DNA of 54,860 bases. Origin: Flavipsychrobacter stenotrophus (lineage in GTDB: Bacteria; Bacteroidota; Bacteroidia; Chitinophagales; Chitinophagaceae). The notes below the pieces were generated by a model. The model saw only the letters and a list, made by a program, of their open reading frames with translations. It did no database searches and had not been told where the DNA came from. Every line of letters begins with the position of its first letter. Position 1 is the stretch's first letter. The translations under genes and the position numbers were made by a program. Of the stretch, positions 9,693 to 19,239 are shown piece by piece. Location of the stretch: contig CAMDNC010000001.1 of NCBI GenBank assembly GCA_945902755.1, positions 1-54,860 of the forward strand. The letters run 5' to 3'.

Positions 9693-10619
9693 TTAGGTGG
9701 ATCTTTTTGTAGATTTCTTGAATCCAAAATTAGCTAAGTAGACTCCTCCAAAAATTAAAATGGTGGCTATTAACTTGATGCCAGTAATTTGTTCGCCTAT
9801 ATAAAGTACCGATATCATTGCAGCAAAAATCGGTTGAAGGTAGATATATGCTCCTGCCACAGTAGGCGTCAAAACTTTGAGAGCATAAATATTCCATAGG
9901 TAAGTAAAGAAGGTAACACACACTACAATAAAGGCTACACTAATCAAATCAATTGCTTCAAAAAGCGACCAGTTTATGCAATAAAACTGGCGCCAACCGA
10001 ATGGAAGAACCATTAAAAAGCCAAATAAAAACACCCACCTTATTACTATTATAGGTCTGTATTTATGCATTAATGGCTTTATTAGTACCAAATACACAGC
10101 ATAAGAAGCGGCGTTTGCAAAGACCAGTAAGTCACCTTTAGCAGAGTTGCCTGTGATAGTTATTTCTTTTCCTGCGCTCATTAATAAAATTGCACCACTT
10201 ATCCCCATCAATAGTCCCGCAGTTTTTGTGCCTGGAATTCTCTCTCTGAGCATCACTATCGAAATCACCGTGATGAGTAAAGGTGTACTCATCATTATCA
10301 ATGCTGCATGAATGGGGAAGGTAAGATTGAGCCCAGAAAAGAATAACATCTGATTAAGAGCGACACCAAAAAGACCGCCAAGGATGATTTTATACCAATC
10401 CTGACGGTCTATTTTAGTTCTGTATTCATTACCTATTAGGTAGCTTAGCCAAAATAATATTGTTACTATTCCTACTCGAATGAATATGAAACCAAGTGGT
10501 TGTATCAGACGAGGCATTATAGATTTTGCAACCGTAAAACCTGCACCATAAAAAAGGTTTGCACCTAGTAAAGCCAGATGTGCTTTTGTAACTTTATTCA
10601 CAGTAGCCAAAGGTAACAA
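9693..10619 (-). CDS. DMT/EamA family transporter
   Basis: About 10 hydrophobic segments in two EamA-like halves, with the AYIYLQPIFA motif. TTG start is uncertain. Confidence 0.9.
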   Translation of the reverse strand: MLPLATVNKVTKAHLALLGANLFYGAGFTVAKSIMPRLIQPLGFIFIRVGIVTILFWLSYLIGNEYRTKIDRQDWYKIILGGLFGVALNQMLFFSGLNLTFPIHAALIMMSTPLLITVISIVMLRERIPGTKTAGLLMGISGAILLMSAGKEITITGNSAKGDLLVFANAASYAVYLVLIKPLMHKYRPIIVIRWVFLFGFLMVLPFGWRQFYCINWSLFEAIDLISVAFIVVCVTFFTYLWNIYALKVLTPTVAGAYIYLQPIFAAMISVLYIGEQITGIKLIATILIFGGVYLANFGFKKSTKRST

Positions 10620-10653
10620 CTACCCTATATAGTTTCCCGATTCAGTTGAAATA

Positions 10654-11595
10654 TTACTTAAGTCCTATCTCTCTCAGTCTTTCGTCCAAATATTCTCCGG
10701 CTGTGTAATCGTCATATGCTTTTGGGTGTGCTTCGTCAATGCAACTAGGCAAACATGCTAAACTCATGTCTTTTTTAGGATGAAGAAAGAAGGGAATAGA
10801 ATAACGAGGTGTTGACCATTTTTCACGAGGTGGATTTACTACTCTGTGCGTAGTGCTTTTAAGTCTGTTATTTGTCAGGCGCTGCAACATGTCGCCTACA
10901 TTCACTACTATTTGCTCTGGAAGAGAGGTTACAGGTATCCACTCACCTTGCATATTTAGGATTTCAAGACCATCAGCCGACGCACCTACCAGCAGTGTAA
11001 TAAGGTTGATGTCCTCATGTTGTTCTGCTCTAATAGCTGATGCTGGTTCTTCTGTAATTGGTGGGTAGTAAATTGCTCTTAGAATTGAGTTTCCATTGTG
11101 GATATGAGCTGCAAAATAATTTTCATCGAGATTCAAAAAAAGAGCAATTGCTTTTAGTAATGCTGCACCAGCATTTTCAAAACCTCTGAACGCTGTTAGA
11201 AGTGTAGGTGTAAATTCTGGTATCTCATTTACTACCACGTTGTCGGGATACAATTCTTTTTCTGGTTCTCCTTCTGCTACCTCTTGTCCAAACTGAAAAA
11301 ATTCTTTTAAGTCCGGTGCATCAAAGCCTTTTGCATGTTCTTTGCCAAAAGAAGTATATCCCCTCTGACCTGCTAGTCCAGCAATTTCATATTTTTTCTT
11401 GTCTGTTGTGGGCATTGCGAAAAACTGCTGCACTTGTGTGTAGAGATTAGCAATCAATTCGTCTGAAATGCCATGGTTTTTTACTGCTACAAATCCCACT
11501 TGCTCGTAGGCAATTCCTAATTGTTGAACAAATTCTTGTTTTGCTGCGTCGTCACCTTTTGTAAAGGCCGCCAGATCTACTACTGGAATATTCAT
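10654..11595 (-). CDS. Isopenicillin N synthase-like (DIOX_N) 2OG-Fe(II) oxygenase
   Basis: IPVVDL start, GFVAVKNHGI, HED iron motif, NVGDMLQRLTN, STTHRV and RYSIPFF (RxS). Confidence 0.92.
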   Translation of the reverse strand: MNIPVVDLAAFTKGDDAAKQEFVQQLGIAYEQVGFVAVKNHGISDELIANLYTQVQQFFAMPTTDKKKYEIAGLAGQRGYTSFGKEHAKGFDAPDLKEFFQFGQEVAEGEPEKELYPDNVVVNEIPEFTPTLLTAFRGFENAGAALLKAIALFLNLDENYFAAHIHNGNSILRAIYYPPITEEPASAIRAEQHEDINLITLLVGASADGLEILNMQGEWIPVTSLPEQIVVNVGDMLQRLTNNRLKSTTHRVVNPPREKWSTPRYSIPFFLHPKKDMSLACLPSCIDEAHPKAYDDYTAGEYLDERLREIGLK

Positions 11596-11712
11596 TAAAT
11601 ATGTTTTTAGAGGTAATTCGATTGATTCACGCTTGATTTGTACGCTTTATCCTTACAAACAAGCGTGTAAAAATAATAAAAACTGTATGATATTTTCTAA
11701 ACTAGCAAGTTT

Positions 11713-13077
11713 TTAAGGAACAGTTACGGTATCAACAGTAGCTTCAATAACTGCTTGGGTCGCTATGGGAACTTCAGAGAAAAAGTTGTAACCAGTAGCT
11801 GCCTCTATTGCATCAGTAGTGGTTCGGTAAAATGTCCAAGGCATACCGCTTACAGCCTGTACATTGGGCATGTCTACTGCTATCACTCTAGTAGTAGTGG
11901 TAACTCTGTTTACATCATTGCTTCCATTTGGTAAAACTATAATCACCTTCCAAAAGCGAGATGGCACCTTAATTTTATTGTCATTTATTGAATAGGTTGT
12001 ATCATCTGATGAACCTACTCCTCCTTCACCATATCCTCCGGAGAAAATGTACAACTCGTTACCAGCAGTTATCAATGTTCTGCAATAGTTCTCTAGTGCT
12101 AACCAAGTAATTTGGTTCAACTGTGGTGCTTGCGGTGCTATATTACTCATTTTAAAGGTTACAGCATTATCTGTGTCACTTGCATCTCTATCGTCAGAGG
12201 GGCACAAATGACCTCTATCAAAACCGCTTCCGGTGTAATGGGATGAAGATGCTCTGTAGTAACCTGTAGGTATTTGTGTGTCTTGTGTGAAGCAGTCGCA
12301 TCTTTCAGCAGTACCTTTCCATGCGTTGCTCAAATGCCATCCTACCCAGTTGGGTATCCCGCGTGAGTTGTTATAAGCTAGTGAAAACTGATGCTTTACT
12401 ATCAAATAATTGTTGGAGTCTGTAGCTGTAGTAGTAGCTGCACTTGGGTTGCCGAAAAGTAATACATTGTCTCTAGAAGCTGTTGCGTCGGTTGTGTCTG
12501 CTCCACAACCGCAGCAGCATATACCAGAGTTGTCGGTGATAGAGATATTGTCAATGTTCAATCTTCCACCAGATATCTTTCTAATCTCAAAACGTACATT
12601 TCCAAACAAACTAATCGCAAATGACGTCTGAACTAGTGTATGAGTAGTAGATGTTACGTTGGTGCCAGCTTGCGCCCAATTGCTTCCTCCATTGATAGAA
12701 TACCATAATCCCCATGTAGCGTTGGTATCGGTGCCGAAAAGTGCATGCTGAATAATTACTTTACTTGTTCCGGTTGTGACATCAAACAGCATTGTTAGTT
12801 TTCCAGCGTTTCTGATACGAACGGATTTAGTGCCGTTTTTTACGTCATTCTCAGAGTCGCCTATAAGTGCGTCATCCATGCCCCAATTGCCCGTTGTAAG
12901 GATCACAGTTCCATAGCTGTAAGCTGTTTTGGTTCCTGTTTCAAAGGTCTCAGGAAAGCCAGAATAATCTACAACCGGTGAGGGAGCGGCAAAAGCACTG
13001 TTTACAAAGCCGATTGAACATGGCGCAAACAAAAGGACGGTAATAATAATAAAACTGAATAATGTTTTGTTTTTCAT
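11713..13077 (-). CDS. Secreted DNA/RNA non-specific endonuclease (NucA/Serratia type) with an N-terminal beta-sandwich domain
   Basis: Signal peptide, FDRGHLCPS active site, TFKMSNIAPQ, LNQITWLALE, VPSRFWKV and IEAATGYNFF. Confidence 0.92.
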   Translation of the reverse strand: MKNKTLFSFIIITVLLFAPCSIGFVNSAFAAPSPVVDYSGFPETFETGTKTAYSYGTVILTTGNWGMDDALIGDSENDVKNGTKSVRIRNAGKLTMLFDVTTGTSKVIIQHALFGTDTNATWGLWYSINGGSNWAQAGTNVTSTTHTLVQTSFAISLFGNVRFEIRKISGGRLNIDNISITDNSGICCCGCGADTTDATASRDNVLLFGNPSAATTTATDSNNYLIVKHQFSLAYNNSRGIPNWVGWHLSNAWKGTAERCDCFTQDTQIPTGYYRASSSHYTGSGFDRGHLCPSDDRDASDTDNAVTFKMSNIAPQAPQLNQITWLALENYCRTLITAGNELYIFSGGYGEGGVGSSDDTTYSINDNKIKVPSRFWKVIIVLPNGSNDVNRVTTTTRVIAVDMPNVQAVSGMPWTFYRTTTDAIEAATGYNFFSEVPIATQAVIEATVDTVTVP

Positions 13078-13257
13078 TAAAAATTTATTGTTTGTGTAGC
13101 GGTAACCAATTAAACCGACTTACCTTAATCTTACGAAGATATTGAATTATTTTGACTACTTATGTCCTGGTAGTACTTCTTAATGAAATTATAACCTTGC
13201 AATCATAGTATCGTTGCAACCTCTGAACGTTTTATGAAATTGCATTGAGCTATCAGT

Positions 13258-13300
13258 AAAAACGGCATTTTGAAAGAAAATTCAAAATGCCGTTTTTTTT
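13258..13300 (-). terminator. Intrinsic terminator of pyrE (bidirectional shape)
   Basis: AAAAACGGCATTTTGAA-6 nt-TTCAAAATGCCGTTTTT, a perfect inverted repeat. Confidence 0.85.
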
Positions 13301-13320
13301 ACTATCGAATTCCTTTTCAT

Positions 13321-13962
13321 TTAGTCTTTTGTTGGTGGTAGCCAGTTAGCGGGGTCCTTACGCCAATTAGCTAGGATTTCTTTATCTTCTGGTCTCACCA
13401 ATTGTTGCTCTTCAGCTACTTCCATGAGGGCTGTGTAATTACTGATGGTATGCAATGACAAGCCATATTTTTCGAAAGCTTGGTCAGCAATAGGGAATCC
13501 GTAGGTGAATAACCCACACATACCTAGCACAACAGCACCTTCTTCGCGCAACACATCTACTACTTGCAGGCTACTTTTTCCTGTAGATATAAGGTCTTCT
13601 ACTACTACTACTTTTTGTCCAGGTAGCAACACCCCTTCTATCTGATTGCCCATTCCATGCTCTTTAGGTTTTGCTCTCACATATACAAAGGGTAATTTCA
13701 GCAGGTCAGCGGCCATTACCCCATGTGCAATTCCGGCGGTTGCAACTCCTGCTATCACGTCTGCGTCTGGATACTGCTCTAGTATCATATTAGCAAGTTC
13801 GCTTTTTACGAAATCTCGTACGTACGGAAATGACAAAACTTTACGATTGTCGCAGTATACTGGCGATCTCCATCCAGATGCCCATGTATATGGTTTTTGC
13901 AGGTTGACTTGCAATGCCTTAATTTGCAATAGTTTTTCAGCAAAATGTTTTGGTGTGCTCAT
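13321..13962 (-). CDS. pyrE: Orotate phosphoribosyltransferase
   Basis: WASGWRSPVYCDNR, YVRAKPKEHG and the PRPP-binding loop VVVEDLISTGKS. Confidence 0.97.
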   Translation of the reverse strand: MSTPKHFAEKLLQIKALQVNLQKPYTWASGWRSPVYCDNRKVLSFPYVRDFVKSELANMILEQYPDADVIAGVATAGIAHGVMAADLLKLPFVYVRAKPKEHGMGNQIEGVLLPGQKVVVVEDLISTGKSSLQVVDVLREEGAVVLGMCGLFTYGFPIADQAFEKYGLSLHTISNYTALMEVAEEQQLVRPEDKEILANWRKDPANWLPPTKD

Positions 13963-13969
13963 AAGCGCT

Positions 13970-13977
13970 CAAACCTA
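13970..13977 (-). promoter_or_regulatory. Bacteroidota sigmaA -7 box for pyrE
   Basis: TAGGTTTG matches TAnnTTTG and lies 7 nt from the ATG. Confidence 0.6.
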
Positions 13978-14011
13978 CATTATTTACACAAGCCTTCAAA
14001 AAATCAGCAGT

Positions 14012-14647
14012 ATGAATTTCTCACAAAAAATATATTACAATGATAAACCACTGATTCTTACTACTGATATGGAGGCATATATGGAAGCAAACCCAGTAGC
14101 TGAATTGTATCAATTTTTTACCGGTGCTACGCTAAAAAGTTTCAACCAAGCGCTTCAGTTTATGGACAGGCCAGGTAATGCTGGCGCTATTATTGAAGAC
14201 GTCTCAGAAATGGCTTTGCAAGACCAGTTGCATGCTATGTATACTCCTATTATGGCCGGAGGAGGATTAGTCTACAACGAAGATGGGGCGCTTCTCATGA
14301 TTTATCGTCGTGGAAAATGGGATTTACCTAAAGGAAAACTTGATGAAGGTGAAAATATAGCTGAATGTGCTTTAAGAGAAGTATCCGAAGAGACAGGATT
14401 AAGACAGTTGCGCTTAGGTGGTAAACTAGGAGATAGTTTTCATATTTATGTTCAGGACGGCATGCAGTTTTTAAAGCAAACTGTGTGGTATACCATGCAT
14501 GGTTCTAGCACAGACCAATTAAAGCCTCAAAAGGAAGAAAATATTTTGGAGGCACGTTGGGTGCCTGAAAAAGAACTTGGTTCGTTAGCATCTCGTACTT
14601 ACGAAGCCATAAGAGACGTGTTGAAGACTGCTGGATTGAGGTGGTAG
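14012..14647 (+). CDS. NUDIX hydrolase
   Basis: Nudix box GKLDEGENIAECALREVSEETG. The true start is probably ATG 14012, because the longer track ORF overlaps pyrE. Confidence 0.92.
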   Translation: MNFSQKIYYNDKPLILTTDMEAYMEANPVAELYQFFTGATLKSFNQALQFMDRPGNAGAIIEDVSEMALQDQLHAMYTPIMAGGGLVYNEDGALLMIYRRGKWDLPKGKLDEGENIAECALREVSEETGLRQLRLGGKLGDSFHIYVQDGMQFLKQTVWYTMHGSSTDQLKPQKEENILEARWVPEKELGSLASRTYEAIRDVLKTAGLRW

Positions 14648-14684
14648 TTTTTTTGCTATTTTATATATAACTCAGCTCGTCTTT

Positions 14685-15332
14685 ATGCGCAAGTTTTGGT
14701 TGTTTTTACTTTTGGTTATGTTTGGGGCTGCTGCTATCGCTCAGCCAAATTGGCGGCTGAGAAAAGTTGAAAATGGCATTCAGATTTTTACTGCACAGAC
14801 AGATAATTCAAATTTCAAATTGCTTAAAGTAGAGGTTAGTGTTTCTGCGAACATTAATCAACTGATAGCTTTTTTGCTTGATATTGAGAAACAGTCTGAA
14901 TGGGTTTACAGTACTAAATATTCAAACATTGTAAAAGTTGTTGCACCCAATGAATTGATTTTTTATTCTGAAGTAGATTTACCTTGGCCGTGTTCAGATA
15001 GAGATTATATTGCTCATTTTGTTATTCAAGAGGTAAGGCCTGGATATGTAACAATAGATTCACGAACCGATGCTGACAGATTGCCTTTGAAAAAAGGGTT
15101 GGTTAGGGTGCCAAAGTCGGTAGCACATTGGGATATTACTAGCATATCAGAGCATGAGTTAAAAATTGTTTACACGCTATATTTCGACCCTGGAGGAATA
15201 TTGCCTGCATGGCTTGTCAATTTGTTTATTACCAAAGGTCCAGGTCATACATTCCAACACTTACGAACAGGTGTCAATCAGCCTAAATATAAAGATGCTA
15301 CTTTTCCTTTCCTAAATACTATTGTCAAGTAA
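14685..15332 (+). CDS. Exported START/SRPBCC lipid-binding domain protein
   Basis: Signal peptide, LPWPCSDRD and DPGGILPAWLVN START motifs. Confidence 0.85.
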   Translation: MRKFWLFLLLVMFGAAAIAQPNWRLRKVENGIQIFTAQTDNSNFKLLKVEVSVSANINQLIAFLLDIEKQSEWVYSTKYSNIVKVVAPNELIFYSEVDLPWPCSDRDYIAHFVIQEVRPGYVTIDSRTDADRLPLKKGLVRVPKSVAHWDITSISEHELKIVYTLYFDPGGILPAWLVNLFITKGPGHTFQHLRTGVNQPKYKDATFPFLNTIVK

Positions 15333-15432
15333 TTACGAGCGCCTATAATACATACTTATAGCGTTATACACACACGCATAGCGGCTTTGTGGTATCTAGC
15401 TGCTAACTTCGCAATCTCAAAATCTCATAACG

Positions 15433-17040
15433 TTGGCATATAGTTACTCAGGAGTTGCATATAATGAAACGGGTTTTTTCTCTAGACTTGTTACCGATTA
15501 TCTAGAGGGAAATGCTAATCTCAATGAATTCTATTCATACACACCCGATGCTGAAGGTATAGAAAAAGCTATCAATGCACGTAGTTTCCATTCTACTGAT
15601 AGAGTGCTTTTAGTTAAGGTATTAACTGCTCAATACGATGGCAGAGCCACTACTTCTACGGTACTAGATAATATACAATCGTTACTCAGCAATACTACTT
15701 ACACCATAACTACTGCACACCAACCAAACCTGATGACAGGGTATCTTTATTTTGTTTACAAAATATTACATGTAATAAAACTGGCTGAAGGGTTGAATGA
15801 AAAATATCCCAACAAACATTTTGTACCAGTATACTACATGGGTAGCGAAGACAACGACATTGATGAGCTAGGTGTGTTCAGGTACGGGAATGAAAAATTT
15901 GTATGGGATGGCGATGGACAAAGTGGGGCTGTAGGCAGAATGAGTACCGCCCGACTAAAACCTCTATTAGAGCGTTTATTTGTTACTATGGGGCCTCCTG
16001 GTAGCCATTATACCGAATTGAGGGAACTGATAACTGAGGCATATATGGGGCAACCAACAATAGGGGCAGCTACTCATTACCTTGTCGACAAGTTGTTTGG
16101 TAAGTATGGTTTAGTAATTGTGAATCCTGACAATGCTGCATTAAAGTCCGCTTTTATACCAGTCATAAAAGATGAATTATTGCACGGCAAATCATACACA
16201 ATAGTCTCAGAGCAAACTAAATTACTTGAACTAAACTATAAAACACAGGCGTTTCCTAGACCTATCAATTTATTTTATCTGGATAATCAGACACGTGAAC
16301 GCATCGAACGAGTAGGTGAAAGATGGGTGGTACTCAATACTAATATCACATTTAGTGAGGCTGATTTGCTACTTGAAGTAGAAAGTCATCCCGAAAAATT
16401 TAGTCCTAATGTTATTTTGCGTGGTTTATTTCAGTCTACAATTCTCCCCGACGTAGCATTTATTGGTGGCGGAGCAGAGGTGGCTTATTGGTTTCAGTTA
16501 AGGTCATTATTTGCCCATTACAATGTGTTTTACCCTGTAGTTATGTTGCGTCAGTCTGTACTTTGGATAGATGCTCAGCAGGCTAGGCTACGACAACAAT
16601 CAGGATTAAACATCCATGATATTTTTATCAAAGAAAGTGACCTTGTCAAGAACTATATTGCCGCTCACAGTAAGGATGACTGGCATACCACCAAGGAATC
16701 TATGGATATCGCATTGATATTAGATGGTTTAAGATCTAAAGCGCAAACGGTAGACGCTACACTTTTGGCTTCTGCTAATGCTGTTTTGCACAGAATTCAG
16801 AAACAGCTTGCCGTACTAGAACAAAAAATGTACAGGGCCGAAAAGAAAAAAATGAGTATACAAGTACAACGTATTTCAAAATTAAAACAAGCAATTTTTC
16901 CGTCAAATAGTTTACAAGAACGTACCTGCAATTTTGTAGAATACTACTTGCTTTATGGTGCTCGTTTCTTTGACATAATTAAAGAGGGAATTCAGCCTTT
17001 GAAAAACACATTACTTATTGTCGAAGATTCGGTTGATTGA
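15433..17040 (+). CDS. bshC: Bacillithiol biosynthesis cysteine-adding enzyme BshC
   Basis: TTAHQP, FSPNVILR, FIGGGAEVAYWFQL and C-terminal SLQER motifs. TTG start. Confidence 0.93.
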   Translation: MAYSYSGVAYNETGFFSRLVTDYLEGNANLNEFYSYTPDAEGIEKAINARSFHSTDRVLLVKVLTAQYDGRATTSTVLDNIQSLLSNTTYTITTAHQPNLMTGYLYFVYKILHVIKLAEGLNEKYPNKHFVPVYYMGSEDNDIDELGVFRYGNEKFVWDGDGQSGAVGRMSTARLKPLLERLFVTMGPPGSHYTELRELITEAYMGQPTIGAATHYLVDKLFGKYGLVIVNPDNAALKSAFIPVIKDELLHGKSYTIVSEQTKLLELNYKTQAFPRPINLFYLDNQTRERIERVGERWVVLNTNITFSEADLLLEVESHPEKFSPNVILRGLFQSTILPDVAFIGGGAEVAYWFQLRSLFAHYNVFYPVVMLRQSVLWIDAQQARLRQQSGLNIHDIFIKESDLVKNYIAAHSKDDWHTTKESMDIALILDGLRSKAQTVDATLLASANAVLHRIQKQLAVLEQKMYRAEKKKMSIQVQRISKLKQAIFPSNSLQERTCNFVEYYLLYGARFFDIIKEGIQPLKNTLLIVEDSVD

Positions 17041-17140
17041 AACAAGTTTAATTTATTTTTTTCAAACACTGCCTAGTTTGTGTAAAGTAATGTAGATGCT
17101 TTCTGCAGACGATTTGCAACGTTTCTGAGGATATTATTGT

Positions 17141-17148
17141 TACCTTTG
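17141..17148 (+). promoter_or_regulatory. -7 box upstream of pyk
   Basis: TACCTTTG. Confidence 0.55.
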
Positions 17149-17248
17149 TAACTCACACTATTACACTTTTCTTAGCAATTTAGTAAATCTGCCAGGGATA
17201 TTTTGACCTCAGTTGTTAGGAGATTTGTACCTCATTCAGATTAATTCT

Positions 17249-18673
17249 ATGATGCTTCACAAAACAAAAATTATTGCTACCGTTGGACCGGCATGTAACA
17301 CGTATGATAAACTTTTGGCACTGGTAGAAGAAGGTGTTAATGTTTTTCGTCTTAACTTCTCGCATGGTACTCACGAGCAGCACTTGCAGGTGATAGACCA
17401 TATCAAAAAAATTAACAGTAGTTACCCTTTTAATATTGCGATACTTGCCGATTTACAAGGCCCTAAGTTACGCGTTGGAATCATTCAGGATAATTCACTA
17501 GACCTTAAAAAAGGCGACCAATTTTACTTCACCAATGAGAAGTGTGTGGGCACTGCCGAGCAAGTATATTTGTCGTATCCTAACTTTCATAATGACGTAA
17601 GAGTAAATGAAAAAATACTACTAGACGATGGCAAAATCGAGGTAATTGTAAAACAAGTAATGGATGATACCAGGGTGTTGGTTGAGGTATTAACGCCTGG
17701 TTTGTTATCATCAAACAAGGGAATTAATCTTCCGGATACTAAAATTTCGTTACCATCATTATCAGAAAAGGATTTGGCTGACCTTGATTTTATTATCAGT
17801 CAGGATATAGATTGGGTGGCACTTTCGTTTGTGCGTACACCAGATGATGTTATACAGCTGAGGCACATATTAAGATCCAAAAATAGCAGTGCTAAGATTA
17901 TATCCAAAATAGAAAAGCCTGAGGCTTTGTTGCATCTGAGAGAGATAATTCTAGCATCAGATGCGGTGATGGTAGCAAGGGGCGACCTAGGGGTGGAGCT
18001 ACCGCTGGAGCAGATACCTATGATACAAAAAAACATCGTTCGTAAATGTATTCATCGGGCTAAACCCGTAATAATAGCTACCCAGATGATGGAAAGCATG
18101 ATTGATAGGCCACGCCCTAATCGCAGCGAGATAACGGACGTAGCTAATGCTGTACTAGAGGGTGCTGATGCAGTTATGCTAAGCGGCGAAACCGCTATGG
18201 GACAGTACCCAGAGATGGTGGTGCGTACAATGGTAAGCATTATAAACGAGGTAGAAAAAGAAGAAATAGTCTATAATAGAAATCATACTCCGCAGCCTCA
18301 TTCTCCGTCATTTCTGAGTGATGCGCTGTGCTACAACGCTTGCGAAATAGCTGGTGCAGTGAAGGCCGATGCGCTTATTGGCATGACACAGTCTGGCTAT
18401 ACTGGTTTTATGTTATCAAGCTACAGACCTCGCTCTCCTTTGTTTTTGTTTACCAAAACACAAACACTTATCAATCAGTTAAGCCTGAGTTGGGGGGTCC
18501 AGGCCTTCTTTTATGATAAAGAGGAAAGCATGGATGCGATTATAGCTGATCAGCACAATATATTGAGAGAAAAGGGCTTGCTGAAATCGGGGGATGTGGT
18601 AGTGAACACTGGTAGTACGCCTGTTCAAGAGCACCTACCAACTAATATGCTTAAGATTACCAGATTGTCCTAA
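17249..18673 (+). CDS. pyk: Pyruvate kinase
   Basis: KTKIIATVGP, RLNFSHG, MVARGDLGVE, ATQMMESM and MLSGETA. The start could be 17213, 17249 or 17252. Confidence 0.97.
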   Translation: MMLHKTKIIATVGPACNTYDKLLALVEEGVNVFRLNFSHGTHEQHLQVIDHIKKINSSYPFNIAILADLQGPKLRVGIIQDNSLDLKKGDQFYFTNEKCVGTAEQVYLSYPNFHNDVRVNEKILLDDGKIEVIVKQVMDDTRVLVEVLTPGLLSSNKGINLPDTKISLPSLSEKDLADLDFIISQDIDWVALSFVRTPDDVIQLRHILRSKNSSAKIISKIEKPEALLHLREIILASDAVMVARGDLGVELPLEQIPMIQKNIVRKCIHRAKPVIIATQMMESMIDRPRPNRSEITDVANAVLEGADAVMLSGETAMGQYPEMVVRTMVSIINEVEKEEIVYNRNHTPQPHSPSFLSDALCYNACEIAGAVKADALIGMTQSGYTGFMLSSYRPRSPLFLFTKTQTLINQLSLSWGVQAFFYDKEESMDAIIADQHNILREKGLLKSGDVVVNTGSTPVQEHLPTNMLKITRLS

Positions 18674-18697
18674 TTGACTAATGCTGCAATACAATAC

Positions 18698-18732
18698 AAT
18701 GCGCAACGACGGATAAGATGTTGCGCATTTTT
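18698..18732 (+). terminator. Terminator between convergent pyk and the phosphoesterase gene
   Basis: AATGCGCAAC-12 nt-GTTGCGCATT followed by Ts. Confidence 0.7.
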
Positions 18733-18737
18733 GTTTA

Positions 18738-19232
18738 TTAGCGTTTACCTAGTTCCACCACCTCGCATTCTTTCATGTTGGTGCCATCTATGGTAAATCT
18801 GATAAGTGTTCGGACTTTGTGCCAGCCATGCTTGCCAGCTGCACCAGGATTCATATGAAGGCATTTTAGTTTGTCGTCATAGATCACTTTAAGAATATGT
18901 GAGTGACCGCTTATAAATAGTTGTGGTTGATGTACCGTGAGAAAAGTCTTAGCAGTGGGGGAGTATCGTTCTGGGTAGCCACCTATGTGTATCATGTAAA
19001 CGTTTACACCCTCAACAGTAAACTGTAGGTGCTCAGGGAATTGACTGCGTATATCATAGCCATCAATGTTGCCATATACGCCTCTAAGAGGTTTGAAAGC
19101 ACTGAGTTTGTGGGCAATAGAAGCAGTGCCAAAATCGCCTGCATGCCATATCTCATCGCACTTATCAAAGTGAGTGAAAACTTTATCATCCAGAAAGTCG
19201 TGGGTGTCTGATATTAGTCCAATACGTGTCAT
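18738..19232 (-). CDS. YfcE-like metallophosphoesterase
   Basis: SDTH, HAGD, GN, GHSH and NPG motifs. Confidence 0.92.
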   Translation of the reverse strand: MTRIGLISDTHDFLDDKVFTHFDKCDEIWHAGDFGTASIAHKLSAFKPLRGVYGNIDGYDIRSQFPEHLQFTVEGVNVYMIHIGGYPERYSPTAKTFLTVHQPQLFISGHSHILKVIYDDKLKCLHMNPGAAGKHGWHKVRTLIRFTIDGTNMKECEVVELGKR

Positions 19233-19239
19233 TTCCGAA

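Noticed and set aside
13646-14011. N-terminal extension of the NUDIX ORF; similar extensions at 8992, 28342, 38543, 39965 and 47206
   Set aside because: They overlap neighbouring genes or promoters. Downstream ATGs give family-typical or signal-peptide starts.
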